Positions 12,165-25,654 of a stretch of 64,000 nucleotides of DNA are shown one piece after another. The stretch spans positions 146,198,001 to 146,262,000 of the forward strand of contig CM059432.1 of assembly GCA_030390025.1 (NCBI GenBank). The letters are read 5' to 3'. Each line of letters starts with the position of its first letter. Within the stretch, counting starts at the first letter, position 1. Source of the DNA: Squalus acanthias (Eukaryota). The notes under the pieces are model-generated. The model saw only the letters and a program-made list of their open reading frames with translations, did no database searches and had not been told where the DNA came from. The translations under genes and the position numbers were made by a program.

Positions 12165-15100
12165 AGTCCGGGCTGGGACCAGTGCCCTGACGAATCAAAT
12201 AACTAGGGTGGCAGACAGGGCTTTAAATTAATGGGGGGGGAGGATTCAGGAAAGGGTAAATTCAAAAGCAGTAAGAGAAATGTCAAGGCTGTAGAGCAGA
12301 GTAGTAATCTGGGTAAAGATAAGCAGAGTGGGTCAGGAAGGGACGGAAAGATTAATAAAGGTAGTAGAGCATCACTGACTAAAGTGACATCAGGGAAAAA
12401 TAGAAAAAGGTTGAAGCTAACGGTACTATATGTGAATGCACAAAACATTTGCAACAAAATAGATGAATTAATAGCGCAGATAGAAATAAATAGGTTTGAT
12501 TTAATAGCCCTTACAGAGATGTGGTTGCAGAGTGACCAAGATTGGGAGCTAAATTTCCAGGATATTTGGCTTTTAGAAGAGACAGGCAGAATGGAAAAGA
12601 AGGAGGGGTAGCCCTGATAATAAAGGAAGGAATAAAGACAGTAGAGAAAAAGGATCTTGGCTCAGAAAAAACAAAATGTAGAATCACTTTGGGTGGAGCT
12701 AAGAAACAACAAGGGGCAGAAAACACTAGTGGGAGTAGTCTATAGGCCCCTGAACAGTGGTTGTAGTGTCGGGCAGAGTATAAATCAGGAAATTAGAGAT
12801 ACATGTAACAAGGGTAATACGGTAATCATGGGGGACTTTAACTTTCATATAGACTGGGCAAACCAAATTTGCAGAAATAGTGCAGAGGAAGAGTTCATGG
12901 AATGCACTCAAGATAGTTTTCTAGATCAGTATGTCAAGGAACCTACGAGAGAATTGGCTATTTTAGATCTAGTACTGTGCAATGAGACAGGGTTAATTAA
13001 TAACCTTGTAGTAAAGGAGTCTCTGGGGAGCAGTGATCATAATATGATAGAATTTTATGTTGCGTTTGAGAGTGATTTAGTTAGTTCTGAAACTAGGGCC
13101 CTAAACCTGAATAAAGCAAACTACGTAGGTATGAGAGGTGAGTTGGCTAAGGTAGGTTGGGAAACTAGATTAAAAGATATGACAGTAGAAAAGCAATGGC
13201 AAACATTTAAAAGAAATAATTCATAATTCGCAACGAATATACACTCCCTTCAGGAATAAAAACACCACGGTAAAAATGGTCCAACCATGGCTAACAAGAG
13301 AAATAAAAGATAGTATTAGATTAAAGGAAGAGACTTATAATGTTGCCAAAAAGAGTAGTAAGCCTGAGGATTGGGAGGATTTTAGAATTCAGCAAAGGAG
13401 GACCAAGAAATTGATAAAGGGAGAATAGAATATGAGAGTAAACTAGCGAGAGACAAAGAAACAGACTAAAAGCTTCTCTAGGTATGTAAAAAGGAAAAGA
13501 TTAGTGAAAGTAAACGGGTCCCTTACAGGCTGAGACAGGAGAAATTATAATGGGGAATAAGGAAATGGCCGAGAAATTAAAGAAATACTTTGTGTCTGTC
13601 TTTACGGAAGAAGACGCTAAAAACTGTCCAGAAATAGCGGAGAACTAAGGGTCTAGCGAGAATGAGGAACTGAAAGAAATCAGTATTGTTAAAAAAAATA
13701 GTACTGGAGAAATTAATGGGACTGAAAGCCGATAAATCCCCAGGACCTGATGGCCTACATCCTAGGGTTTTAAAAGAGGTGGCTATAGAAATAGTGGAAG
13801 CATTGGTTGACATCTTGCAAAATTCCATAGATTCTAGAATGGTTCCCGTGGATTGGAAGGTAGCAAATGTAACCCCACTATTTAAGAAAGGAGGGAGAGA
13901 GAAAACGGGGAACTACAGACCAGTTAGCCTGACATCAGTAGTAGGAAAATGCTAGAATCTATTATTAAGGACGTGGTAACAGGACACTTAGAAAATAATA
14001 ATAGGATTGGGCAGAGTCAACACGGATTTATGAAAGGGAAATCATGTTTGACGAATCTGTTAGAGTTTTTTGAGGTTGTAACTAGCAGAATAGATAAAGG
14101 GGAACCAGTGGAGGTGGTGTATTTGGATTTTCAGAAGGTATCCGATAAAGTGCCACACAAGAGGTTATTAAACAAAATTAGGGCTCATTGGATTGGGGGT
14201 AATATACTAGCATGGATTGAGGATTGGTTAACAGACAGAAAACAGAGAGTAGGAATAAACGGGTCATTTTTGGGTTGGCAGGCTATAACTAGTGGGGTAC
14301 TGCAAGGATCACAATCAATCTATATCAACAATTTGGATGAGGGGACCAAATGTAATATATCCAAGTTTGCTGATGTTACAAAGCTAGGTGGGAATGTAAG
14401 TTGTGAGGAGGGTGTAAAGAGACTTCAAGGGGATATAGACAGGCTAAGTGAATGGGCAAGAACATGGCAAATGGAATATAATGTGGAGAAATGTGAAGTT
14501 ATCCACTTTGGTAGGAAAAATAGAAAAGCAGAGTATTTTTTTAAATGGTGAGAGATTGGGAAATGTTGGTGTTCAGAGGGACCTGGGTGTCCTTGTACAG
14601 GAATCACTGAAAGTTAACATGCAGGTACAGCAAGCAATTAGGAAAGCAAATGGTATGTTGGCCTTTATTACAAGAGGATTTGAGTATAAGAGTAAGGACA
14701 TCTTACTGCAATTATATAGGGCCCTGGTGAGCCCACTGTTATGGTAAACCGGGAGAGCTTCTTCTCCCCGAGACGGACCCTCTGATATAAAGGGTCGACG
14801 TCCGCCTTATTCCCAATCAATCGCTTGGAGTCCGGAGGTTCGTTCAGTAAATCAACTTTAATACAAGTCGACGGGAGACACTCATCCGGGGACGAATGCT
14901 CCCCGATTGTTAAAACTCCTCTACCTTATATACAGTTTCTGTTCTAAGTCGTGGCTAATGTCCCACAATTATTTACATTACATACAGTTGGTTTCGGGTA
15001 CAAATTCTTGTGGTCCGTGTGCACATTAGTCTTGTAACTCCAAGGTTAAATTTAAGTAAATCAAATTAAACTGCTTTGAAAGATTTCACCATAGCAACCA

Positions 15101-15790
15101 CGACTCCAAGGTTATTTCTAATATTTTACCCAATTAGTGATTGGTGTTGTGTAGTCTTGACCATGTTACACCATCCTTCCCCTTTTAAACTTGTTCATAA
15201 CCATTCTTTATATTTTAGCTCTTTTAACCCTTTCAACCACACCTGGAGTATTGTGTACAGTTTTGGTCTCCTTACCTAAGGAAGGATATACTTACCATAG
15301 AGGGAGTGCAACGAAGGTTCACCAGACTGATTCCTGGGATGGGGGGATTGTCCTATGAGGAGAGATTGAGTAGACTAGGCCTATATTCTCTAGAGTTTAG
15401 AAGAATGAGAGGTGATCTCATTGAAACATACAAAATTCTTACAGGGCTTGACAGGGTAGATGCAGGGAGGATGTTTCCCCTGACTGGGGAGTCCAGAACC
15501 AGGGGTCACAGTCTCAGAATAAGGGGTTGGCCATTTAGGACTGAGATGTGGAGACATTTCTTCACTGAGGGTGGTGAATCTTTGGAATTCTCTACCCCAG
15601 AGGGTTGTGGAGGCTCAGTCATTGAGTATATTTAAGACAGAGATCGATAGATTTTTGAATATTAAGGGAATCAAGGGATATGGAGATAGTGCAGGAAAGT
15701 GGAGTTGAGGTAGAAGATCAGCCATGATCTTATTGAATGGCGGAGCAGGCTCGAGGGGCCTACTCCTTCTCCTATTTCTTATGCTCTTAG
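12165..15790 (+). mobile_element. CR1 LINE: ORF1 end, complete but frameshifted ORF2 (APE endonuclease + RT) and 3' tail; interrupted by a solo LTR
   Basis: LYVNAQ, DLIALTE, GVVYRP, MGDFN, LDLVL, SDH (endonuclease); SPGPDG, NYRPVSL, YLDFQK, SKFAD (RT); HER1-type tail. Confidence 0.95.
14737..15235 (-). mobile_element. Solo LTR, ERV-like, inserted in CR1
   Basis: Minus strand TGAAAG...TAACA; splits the CR1 RPHLEY codons with a CCCAC/ACCAC duplication; minus-strand TATA (~14928) and ATTAAA (~14858). Confidence 0.85.
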
Positions 15791-16164
15791 TAATGTGTCC
15801 CAAGGCGTTTCACAGGAGCGTTATAAAACAAAATTTGACACCGAACCATATTAGGGCAGATGAAAGAGGTAGGTTTTAAGGAGCGTCTTAAAAGAGGAAA
15901 GAGAAGTAGAGAGGCGGAGAGGTTTAGGCAGGGAATTCCAGAGCTTAGGGCCTAGGCAACAAGGCACGGCCACCAATGGTTGAGCGATTATAATCAGGGA
16001 TGCTCAAGAGGGCAGAATTACAGGAGCGCAGATAACTCCCGGGGTGGGGGGGGGAGGGGGGGTTTGTGGGGCTGGAGGAGATTACAGAGATAGGGAGGGG
16101 GCGAGGCCTTGGAGTTATTTGAAAACAAGGATGAGAATTTTAAAATCGAGGCATTGCTTAACCG

Positions 16165-18035
16165 TGTAGAGATTCGTGTATCTCTGGTAAACATGATCGA
16201 GTGGAAACCAATATGGTGGGTATATTGTGTTTAATCAGAGTTTAGGACGGAATATAATGCACTAACAATACAACAAAAATATACGACCGTGACAAGTAGC
16301 TGATACCGGACCCGATCGGACAGACGGCTGGCGTGCGTGAACTGTTCTCTGGCTTGCGGCCTCTCTTCCTCTCGTCTCGAACCTCTGAGTAAGTGAGCAT
16401 GGGATCACTCTCGAAAGAGCGCTCGAGCAGCCCAACTTTTGCTTAGCTCTTCGCTCCACCATCTGTGTGGGCAAGCCTTCAGGGTTTTACTTTTATTCTC
16501 TTTAGGGGTGGGCCTGAGGCCAAATTATTGACAAGACCATTTAACCTATAGAGGCTCCCCTAAAACCTCAGTACCCAAGTGGGCATCGAGTTCCTTGTCT
16601 CAATTCTTAGATGAAAGCCCTCCCCTAAAGGGGTGTCATGATCTCAGTCAATTTGACTATTGTTTTTACATTTTGAAGGTTCCTCCATTGGAATTCGTCC
16701 TATCTCTATTTGTCCCTATCCTCCCTGGCACAATTGGTACTAGGGCTGGCCTTGTACCCTCTCCATCAAGGTGCCCACGTCAGAGCTGACTTGCTCATCC
16801 TGCCATTATCCAAACTATCTCCCTTTAATCTAACAGACTGTTCTATCCTGAGATGGATACCTTAACTCCCCTAAATTCCTTTTATTCTATGTCTTTCAAC
16901 TCATTAACTTTTATTTATCTTCGCAAGCAGTTCTGCTAAACAAACTCCAAGTTCTATCTGTAGAGATTATAATATGGTTATTAGTAATAATGGAAGAAAC
17001 ATAGGTTGGGCCTTCATTGGCCAAATTAAAGATACATTAACAAAGTCAAAATCCTAACTGACAAACAACAGATATGACAGGCAAGGCCATCCTATGGGCC
17101 CCTGTGTGGAATGTTTATGCCTCACCTAATCTAACGAACTGAAGACATTTTGTCTCAAATTCTAATACGTGCTTTCAGGAAAACAAAACTTATACATTAA
17201 CCCCTTACTTGTCTCGAGCAGAAACATATAGGCCCGTAATTTCCACTAGGGGGCTTCCTGCGTGCGGAGGCCTCCTATCGGAAAAAAATCTGCGCTCTGG
17301 CCTGAGGGCTCCCGAGGTCCGGACACTTCCGCTCCTGGGCCTCTCCACAGTCGAAATGCGCAAGGCCCATGTATCCCAGGGGCGCAGGCGGTTCACAAGC
17401 GTCCCTGGGATCACGTGGGCCAGGCCAGCCAATAGGAGAAGGGAATCCCCCTTCATACTTTTGACAGATAGACTTGTCAAAAGTATGAATGGGGATCACT
17501 GAAAAAAGACAGTAAAACATTAAATAAATTTTTTTTTTAAATCACGTTTTTAAAATGAGTTAAAATTACATTAAATTAAATTGAAAATTTTTTTTGAAAA
17601 AATAATTGAAGTTTTTTACAGGGCTAAAAATAAACTTACCTTCTTTAAAAGTATTTTTAAATTGTAAATGAGTGAAACATTTTTTAAAAACTTTTTTTTT
17701 AAACATTTATGCTGGTAAAAGCAGGCCTTACGCCTGCTTTTACCAGGCGTAAGATTTTTAAGTGATTTCAGCGGGCGGAGGTTCTGCAGAAAGCGGAACT
17801 CTCCACCCGCAGAGGCCCTTCTCCAGGGCAGGCGTCCGATCTGTCAAGAGCATTCTTGACAGATCGGAAATGCCGGTTTTCAGCGCATGCGCTTCGCACG
17901 CCTGAAACCGGCATTTCCGATGTCCCTACGGGTGTGTACACACCCATAGGCATCGGAAAATACGGGCCATAATCATTTAAACACAGTATTATTCGCGTAG
18001 CCAAATACGTTTTTAGGCACCCCTAGTTTCTAACA
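16165..18035 (-). mobile_element. Long solo LTR (~1.13 kb without the nested MITE)
   Basis: TGT...ACA termini; ACCG/ACTG 4-bp TSD; homologous fragments at 46880-46981 and 52140-52302. Confidence 0.8.
17231..17968. mobile_element. Harbinger MITE family C, copy 1
   Basis: TIR GGCCCGTAATTTCC / GGAAAATACGGGCC; ATA TSD; absent from the sister LTR at 46880. Confidence 0.9.
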
Positions 18036-18204
18036 ACTGGGAACCAATGTAGGTCAGCGAGCACTGGGGTGATGGGTGAACGGGACTTGGTGCAAATTAG
18101 GACACGGGCAGCAGAGTTTTGGATGAGCTTAAGTTTACGGAGAGTATAACTTGGGAGGCCGGCCAGGGGTGCGTGGGAATAGTCAGTCTAGAGGTAACAA
18201 AGGC

Positions 18205-19745
18205 ATAATACAGCAGAGAACCAAGTTGAATACAGAGCGTACAGAGGAGAACTGAAGTAGGAAACAAGAGATGCAAAGAGAATACATGAGAATAGATTAG
18301 CGGGTAACGTAAAAGGGAACCCAAAAGTCTTTTTGTAAACCTATAAGTAGTAAAAAAAAAGGCAGTTAAAGGAAGGGTGGGGCCGATTAAGGACCTAAAA
18401 GGAGATCTTGTGGAGGCAGACGGCATAGCTGAGGTACTAAATAAATACTTTCAACCTGTTTTCACTAAAGAAGAGTATGCTGCCAATGTCACAGTAAAAG
18501 AGGAATTGGATAGTAAAAATAGCAAGAGGGAGGTACTTAAAAGGGTGGCAGCGTTCAAAGTCGAAAAGTCACACAGTCCAGAAGGGATTCAACCTAGGTT
18601 GCTGAGGGATGTAAGGGTGGAGATAGTGGAGACTCTGGCCACAATCTTCCAATCCTCCTTAAATATGGAGACAGAGCCAGAGGACTGGAGAATTGCAAAT
18701 GTTACACCACTGTTCAAAAAAGGGAAGAGGGATAAACCCGGCAACTACAGGCCAGACAGACTAACGTTGGTGGTGAGGAAACTTTTAGGGACAATAATCT
18801 CAAGGCAAAATTAATTGTCACTTGGAAAAATATGGGCTAATAAATAAAAGCCAGCTGTTAAAGGCAAACTGTGTTTGACTAACTTGATTGAGTTCTTTGA
18901 TGAAGTAACAGAGAGGGTTGATGGGGTTAGTGCGGTTGATGTGTATATGGTCCTTCAAAAGGTGTTTGATAAAGTGCCACATAATAGACTTGTTAGCAAA
19001 ATTGAAGCCCATGGGATCAGAAAAAAACATAGGAAAATAGGAGCAGGAGTAGGTCATTCGGCCCTTCAAGCCTGCAGTGGGGCAGTGGCAGCATGGCTCT
19101 GAAATTGGCTAATGGACAGAAAGTAGAGAGTAGTGGTGAACGATTGTTTTTCAGACGGGAGGGAAGTGTACAGTGGTGTCCCCCAGGGGCCGGTATTGGG
19201 ACCACTGCTCTTTTTAAGATATAATAATAACCTGGAATTGGGTATACAGGGCATAATTTCAAAGTTTGTAGATGACATTAAACTTGGAAATGTAGTAAAC
19301 AGTGAGGAGGAAAGTAACAGACTTCAGGAGGACATAGACAGACTGGTGAAATGGACAGACACATGGCAGATGAAATATAATGCAGAGAATTGTGAAGTGA
19401 TGCATTTTGATAGGAAGAATGAGGAGAGGCAATATAAACTAAATGGTATCATTTTAAAGAGGTTGCAGGAACAGAGAGACCTGGGGGTGTACATACACAA
19501 AGCAGGACCAGTTGTGAAGGCTGCTAAAAAAGCCTATGGGATCCTTAGCTTTATAAACAGAGGACTAGAGTACAACAGCAAGGAAGTTATGCTAAACCTT
19601 TATGAATCACTGGCTAGGCCTCAGCTGGCCAGTTCTGAGCACCACACTTCAGGAAGGATGTCAAGGCCTTGGAGAGAGTGCAGAGGAGATTTACTAAAAT
19701 TGTACCAGGGTTGCAGGACTTAAGTTACGTTGAGAGATTAGAGTA
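18205..19745 (+). mobile_element. Decayed CR1 ORF2 fragment with a small antisense CR1 tail at ~19018-19075
   Basis: DWRIANVTPLFKKG, TNLIEFFDEVT, GVPQGPVLGPLLF, SKFVDD. Confidence 0.9.
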
Positions 19746-19844
19746 GCTTAAAGCTACTTATAAACCGTTGAGGCCAATCACAGGGCAGTTGTAACTACTT
19801 GTAAATTTTAGGCTTCAGGTTTTAAGCTTAGCAGCTGTAACAAA

Positions 19845-20569
19845 GGGCCGTATATTCCGATCCCTGTGGGTGTCTACGTGCTGTGTACCCACCCGCAGGG
19901 ACATCGAAAATGCCGGTTTCAGGCATGCGAAGCGCATGCGCTGAAAACCAGCATGTCCGATCTGTCAAGAATGCTGTTGACAGATCGGACGCCTGCCCTA
20001 GAGAAGGGTCTCTGCGGGTGGAGAGTTCCGCTTTCTGGAGAACCTCCGCCCGCACAAAACCCTTAGAAATCTTACGCCTGGTAAAAGAGTTGAAAAAAAG
20101 TAAAAAAAAATTTTTCACTCATTTATCATTTAAAAATACTTTAAAAAAAAAAGTACGTTTATTTTTAGCCCCGTAAAAACTTTATTTGTTTCAAAAAATT
20201 AAATTTTTGTTTAAAATATTTAATTTATTGTAATTTCAACTCATTTTAAAAATGTGATTTAAAAAAAAAATGTATTTAATGTTTTACAGTGTTTTTGGGG
20301 TGATCTCCATTCATATATTTGACAGGTCTATCTGTCAAGTGTATGAAGGGAGATTCCCTTCACCTATTGGCTCCCCATGACCCACGTGATCCCAGGGGCG
20401 CTTGTGAACCGCCTGCGCCCCTGGGATACGTGGGCCCTGCGCATTTTGACGGTGGAGAGGCCCAGGATCGGAAGTGTCCGGACCTCGGGAACCCTCGGGT
20501 AAGTCCGTAGATTTTTTCCAGATCGGAGGCCTCCGCACGCAGGAAGCCTCCGATCGGAAAATACGGCCC
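19845..20569. mobile_element. Harbinger MITE family C, copy 2 (inverted relative to copy 1)
   Basis: TIR GGGCCGTATATTCCGA / TCGGAAAATACGGCCC; AAA TSD. Confidence 0.9.
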
Positions 20570-21405
20570 AAAGTGTAATGTTGGGAGTGTGATGGATGTG
20601 TGCCAGATACAAGACTTTACATATTTAGATATTAATACAGATGGGATTGATTGTTAAAGGATAATTCTAAACATAGATGACCATATTCTGTACAGGATAG
20701 AGAAGTTGACTGGGAAGAATCCATGACTGTGCAAATTGTACATGATCTGCTGGAAGGGGTGGCTCTATGGTTGCTTATGATTTTTTGTTCTTAATGTCTA
20801 ATATACTGCTACATACCTATGACCCAGGGTGTCGCCTGCTGTTGTTTCAATATATATGCCAACTCTCTTCTCAATACATTGTGAAAAGTTCCTGCCATTG
20901 ACATCTTTTAGCCAGACAAGAGATTACGCAAATGGCTCCAAACCTCAGTTATTTTGTTGTCAGTGAAAGTTTTTTTTCAAAGCAAACAACTCATCAGTCA
21001 TCTTGTGAGGTTTTCTCAAGTGGTTCCTCAATGCATATCTTTTCTCTGATGCCTCATTCACCTCTTGCTTCCATTGCCCTTGCTGTCCCTTAGGAGATGG
21101 CTAGTGAGGTAATCAGTCACTGGAGCATAATAGAGCTACTTTGATTCTAATAATTGGTGTGTTCTCGCAAAGATTACAAACTATAAAAAGAACCTTACCA
21201 TGGCAATGGTCCCAAGTGAAAAAAGGTTAGTTTCAGCTGGCCTAATGACTGTATATGAATCCGTTATTAAGGGACGAGCAAATGTTATGGGGTGAGTTCT
21301 GTCACGAGAAAGAATATTAAATTGGCTTAGAAATAGGAGAAAATAATAAGTAACAGCTTCAATGAGGAATACAGCATTTAACCCTCAACATTAGACTCGG
21401 GAACA

Positions 21406-22788
21406 GTGCCCATGGATTGGAGGGTAGCTAACGTTACCCCACTATTCAAAAAGGGGGGTAGGGAAAAAGCAGGTAATTACAGACCTGTAAGCCTTACATC
21501 AGTTGTGGGCAAAATGCTGGAGTCCATCATTAAGGATGAAATAGCGGAGCACTTAGCAAATGGGGACAGGATAGGACAGAGTCAACATGGATTTACAAAG
21601 GGTAAATCGTGCTTGACTAATCTATTGGAATTTTTTGAGGGAGTAACTGGTAAAATAGATGGGGGAGAGCCAGTAGATGTGGTGTACCTGGACTTCCAAA
21701 AGGCCTTCGACAAGGTCCCACATAAAAGATTAGCATGGAAAATTGAAGCTCATGGGATAAAGGGGAAAGTATTGACGTGGATAGAGAACTGGCTGTCAGA
21801 TAGAAAACAGAGAGTTGGAATAAACGGCTCATTTTCTGAATGGCAGGCAGTAACAAGTGGGGTACCACAGGGATCTGTCCTGGGTCCCCAGCTGTTCACA
21901 ATTTACATTAATGACCTGGATCAGGGAGTCGGATGCAGCATTTCCAAATTTGCGGACGACACTAAACTAGGAGGGTGGGTGGGCTCAGAGGAGGAGACCA
22001 GGAAGCTCCAGAGCGATTTGGACAGACTGGGTGATTGGGCGGATAAATGGCAGATGCACTATAATGTGGACAAGTGCGAAGTTATCCACCTTGGGTGCAG
22101 GAACGGGAGGGCAAATTATTATTTAAATGGCAATAAATTGGGAGAGGGGGAAGTACAGAGAGACCTGGGTGTTCTTGTACACCAGTCACTGAAGGCGAGC
22201 ATGCAGGTGCAACAGGCGGTCAAGAAGGCAAACGGTATGCTGGCCTTCATAGCAAAAGGGTTGGAATACAGGAACAGGGATACCTTGCTGCAGCTGTACA
22301 GGGCACTGGTGAGACCACACCTCGAGTACTGTGTACAGTTTTGGTCGCCTCATCTGAGGAAAGATGTTCTTGCCATGGAGGGGGTGCAGCGGCGATTCAC
22401 CAGGCTGATACCAGGAATGGCGGGATTGACCTATGAGGAGAGACTATGTAGTTTAGGGATGTACACACTGGAGTTTAGAAGATTGAGAGGGGACCTCATA
22501 GAAGTGTATAAAATTCTGACAGGTCTAGACAGACTAGATGCAGAAGGAATGTTTCCCTTGGCGGGTGAGAACAGAACTAGAGGACATAATTTAAGGATAA
22601 GGGCTAAACCATTTAGGACAGAAATGAGGGGGAATTTCTTCACTCAGAGGGTGGTGAACCTGTGGAACTCATTGCCACAGAGGGCAGTGTACGCCAGCTC
22701 ATTAAATATATTTAAGAGGGAATTAGATATATTTCTACAGGCAAAAGGGGTTAAGGGTTACGGAGAGAAGGCGGGGACGGGATACTGA
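21406..22788 (+). CDS. Uninterrupted CR1 ORF2 reverse-transcriptase frame of a 5'-truncated young copy (element ~21390-22888)
   Basis: 460 aa with no stops; NYRPVSL, YLDFQKAFDKV, GVPQGSVLGP, SKFADD; natural stop followed by tail and TATCTATG repeats; no true start codon. Confidence 0.93.
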   Translation: MPMDWRVANVTPLFKKGGREKAGNYRPVSLTSVVGKMLESIIKDEIAEHLANGDRIGQSQHGFTKGKSCLTNLLEFFEGVTGKIDGGEPVDVVYLDFQKAFDKVPHKRLAWKIEAHGIKGKVLTWIENWLSDRKQRVGINGSFSEWQAVTSGVPQGSVLGPQLFTIYINDLDQGVGCSISKFADDTKLGGWVGSEEETRKLQSDLDRLGDWADKWQMHYNVDKCEVIHLGCRNGRANYYLNGNKLGEGEVQRDLGVLVHQSLKASMQVQQAVKKANGMLAFIAKGLEYRNRDTLLQLYRALVRPHLEYCVQFWSPHLRKDVLAMEGVQRRFTRLIPGMAGLTYEERLCSLGMYTLEFRRLRGDLIEVYKILTGLDRLDAEGMFPLAGENRTRGHNLRIRAKPFRTEMRGNFFTQRVVNLWNSLPQRAVYASSLNIFKRELDIFLQAKGVKGYGEKAGTGY

Positions 22789-22909
22789 ATTGGAGGATCA
22801 GCCATGATCTCATTAAATGGCGGAGCAGGCTCGAAGGGCCGGATGGCCTACTCCTGCTCCTATCTTCTATGTATCTATGTATCTATGTTCATTTCAGTAT
22901 ATTTGATAT

Positions 22910-23175
22910 CACATCCAAGAGCTCTACGTTCCTCCAACTCTGGCCCCTTATGCGACCTCCACACCCTTTGCTCCACCACTGGCGGCTGTGTCTTCAGCTG
23001 TCTAGGCCCCAAGCTCTGGAATTCCCTCCCTAAACCTCTCCACCTCTCCTTCTTTAAGACACTCTTTAAAGCCTACCTCTTTGACCAAGCTTTTAGTCAT
23101 CCGTCCTAATATCTCCTTCTTTGGCTGTTTGTCTGATTACGCTCCTGTGAAGCATCTTGAGACTATATTAAAGCA
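22910..23175 (+). mobile_element. L2-type 3' end
   Basis: LRSS..GGCVFSCLGPKLWNSLP..FKTLFKAYLF; antisense homologue of 15800-15960. Confidence 0.8.
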
Positions 23176-23392
23176 AGTTGGTTTTTTTTTTACCAAAGAG
23201 ACTTTTTGTATCTTCTTCGAAATTGGATTCCCGGTGCCTTGCTGGTGTTACCTGGGTCTACAAGTCTGCCGCCTATCAATGGAATCCAGATTTAATGGAC
23301 TAAAGATCAGAAGCTAGCTCTGAAATGCCAGATTCCCAGAATCCAACTTAAAAGAAGACGATTATAAAACAAACCTTCCTGCTAGATACGAT

Positions 23393-23893
23393 AGCAAAAT
23401 ACTGCGGATGCTGGAAATCCGAAATAACAACAGAAAACGCTGGAAAAACTCAGCCGGCCAGGCAGCATCCGTGAAGAGAGAAACAGAGTTAACATTTCAG
23501 GTCGAAGACCTTTCGTCAGAACTGGAAAAAGCAGGAAATGAAATAGATTTAAAGCAAGGATAAAGCTGGGAAAAGAGGGAGGGGATGAAGGAACAAAAGG
23601 AGAGATTAAGAGACATTGAGAAACATTAAGAGATGATCAAGGCAAGAGGAGGTGTTAATGTGACAGGTTGAGGCTAGATGAAGTGTGAAATGCACTGGCA
23701 GAATGAAGGACAGCTGCCAGCTTCTAGGAGGAAAAAAAAGGGGGGGGGGGGGCCAAACAAAAGGGTGGATGTAAAACTAAAATATAAATGTGATAGGGGC
23801 TGAGGTTATGATCTAAAATTGTTGAACTCGATATTGAGTCCAGAGGGCTGTAGGGTGCCTAAACGAAAGATTAGGTGCTGTTCCTCGAGCTTC
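23393..23893 (-). mobile_element. Penelope-like element 3' end/pseudo-LTR with GIY-YIG C-terminus and hammerhead motif
   Basis: Minus strand KLEEQHLIFRLGTLQPSGLNIEFNNF; CTGACGA-AAGGTC TTC GACCT-GAAA at 23487-23523. Confidence 0.85.
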
Positions 23894-25654
23894 CTGCTAG
23901 ATGTTGATTGGCAACACTACAAATCATTAGTCCAGCCCAAATTTTACTGGCCAGAATCTTACTTGTCAGATGAAGGAAAAATTATAATAATTGAGTTTCT
24001 AGCAAATCAGTTAGTTGCCTAAGACTTAGGCTTATCTCTATATAAAAAATTTGTGGATTTGTTCATGCATACCCAGAAAGGCATATTCAAGCTGAAAATT
24101 CAAAGTCTTGTCACACTCACATCTTTGATGGCTTCACTTATCCAATAATTTTAGTAGAAACACAATCACTTATTGACTCTCATGGTGAGCTTCAGGATTG
24201 CATTTGGCAGCCTTCAGTGATCCTTTTGTGCTTTGGCAAATGCCGGGGCACGTAGTAACATTGGGAAGCAGTGGAAAAGAAGATGAGAGCGCAGGCTATG
24301 CTGACGGATGCATCGGGCACCTGCTTCATACATGCATGAGTATCAAGTTAGCTGATACTGCACTGCCCGCTGGGAATGAGCCGTGGGCATACTGAGAGCA
24401 GTTGTGACTTCGCCAACCACTGGCAAATGGCATTGCCTGTTTCAGGCTGTCTGCAGGTTTCTTAGCCGCAGATGCCAAAGTTCTGCCCTGCTAACCTGGA
24501 GCAAGCGGAGGCAGTTGTTCTTGGACCTTGACCGGTAGGTGTGCCAAGGTCTACAAATATGAGCTGGTCGTTGCTGATTTCTTTTTGTCTGTATTATAGC
24601 ACTCAAAAAATACTGCATTTCAGGCACTTTAAAAACAAATTTACTTCAAGGAGTAAACCCCCCCGCCCCCCCACCCCGCCTAGATGTTTCTCCCCTAAAG
24701 ATTAATTTAAAAATTCAGAAATATAGAAAAATGTATAATATAAAACAACAAAGGATACCACAAATATTTCAACAACAAAAAAACCCTATACAAAATCTGC
24801 TCTCCATTAAGACCTCTATTTATCACGGAGCTTCTCCTCTGCCATTCAAAAAATTGCTGCAGAATTGCAGCCTTGGAGGAAATGGCCGCACGGCCAGCTT
24901 CCTCAGTCCTGTGATTTGCCCTTGCACCGATGGTCCAACTGCTCCTGTGGCACTCTGCCCTAAAGAATCTGCCTCTGAAATTTGAAGTTTTACTGAACAA
25001 ATTCACCCTGGTGCAGAGGCCTGCACGTATTCAGGCTTGGAGGTCGGTGGGCTCCCCAATTTGTGCTGACAATGTGCCAGGCTCTGGGCCGGAAGCCCAC
25101 GTTTGTAAAATCGACTCTTTAATATGCTATCAGGTGCATTTTGGCACAAGAAGGTCTGATGATTGCTGGTATGACTAATTGTCATTGTGATTTGAAAATG
25201 CATTTAAAATATATTTAATTAATGTATATTATATTATTTGTTAAAAGGATTTCCGTTCAGCATGGTCTAACAGCAATAATTAATTTCAGGCAGTATTTTC
25301 CAGTGAAATGTTACAGTTGTGAATGACTGGAGAGTGTTTGACTGAAGTGACAACAGCATCTGTGGCACAGTTGGCACTTGCTGGATAAATGGAGTTTAGT
25401 CTTACGTATTTTAAAGAAAGAGAAAAAAGATTGTAAGAATGCTTTCCACCGAGGCAGTGTAGTAGAACAGGGTTTGTGTGACTACTGCAGCCTGCGACAG
25501 CTTTGTTTTGCTCATCTGGTTCCCTTATATATGCTGTCCTTCTAATCCTGGCAGTCCTGTCGAGTAATGCTGAGTTGAGGGAGAAGGAAAAGTCTGAAGA
25601 TGACTCACCTTGGACTGCTCTCGTAAAATTGACTGCCTTTTTCTGGTGATGAAG

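Larger units (their letters stand above)
15797..18205 (-). mobile_element. L2-type LINE 3' fragment split by an LTR
   Basis: 15797-16164 and 18040-18205 are colinear with the uninterrupted copy at 46278-46879. Confidence 0.8.

Noticed and set aside
16040..16062. Poly-G tracts as functional G-quadruplexes (also 6577, 23740, 31325)
   Set aside because: Homopolymer expansions with no supporting context
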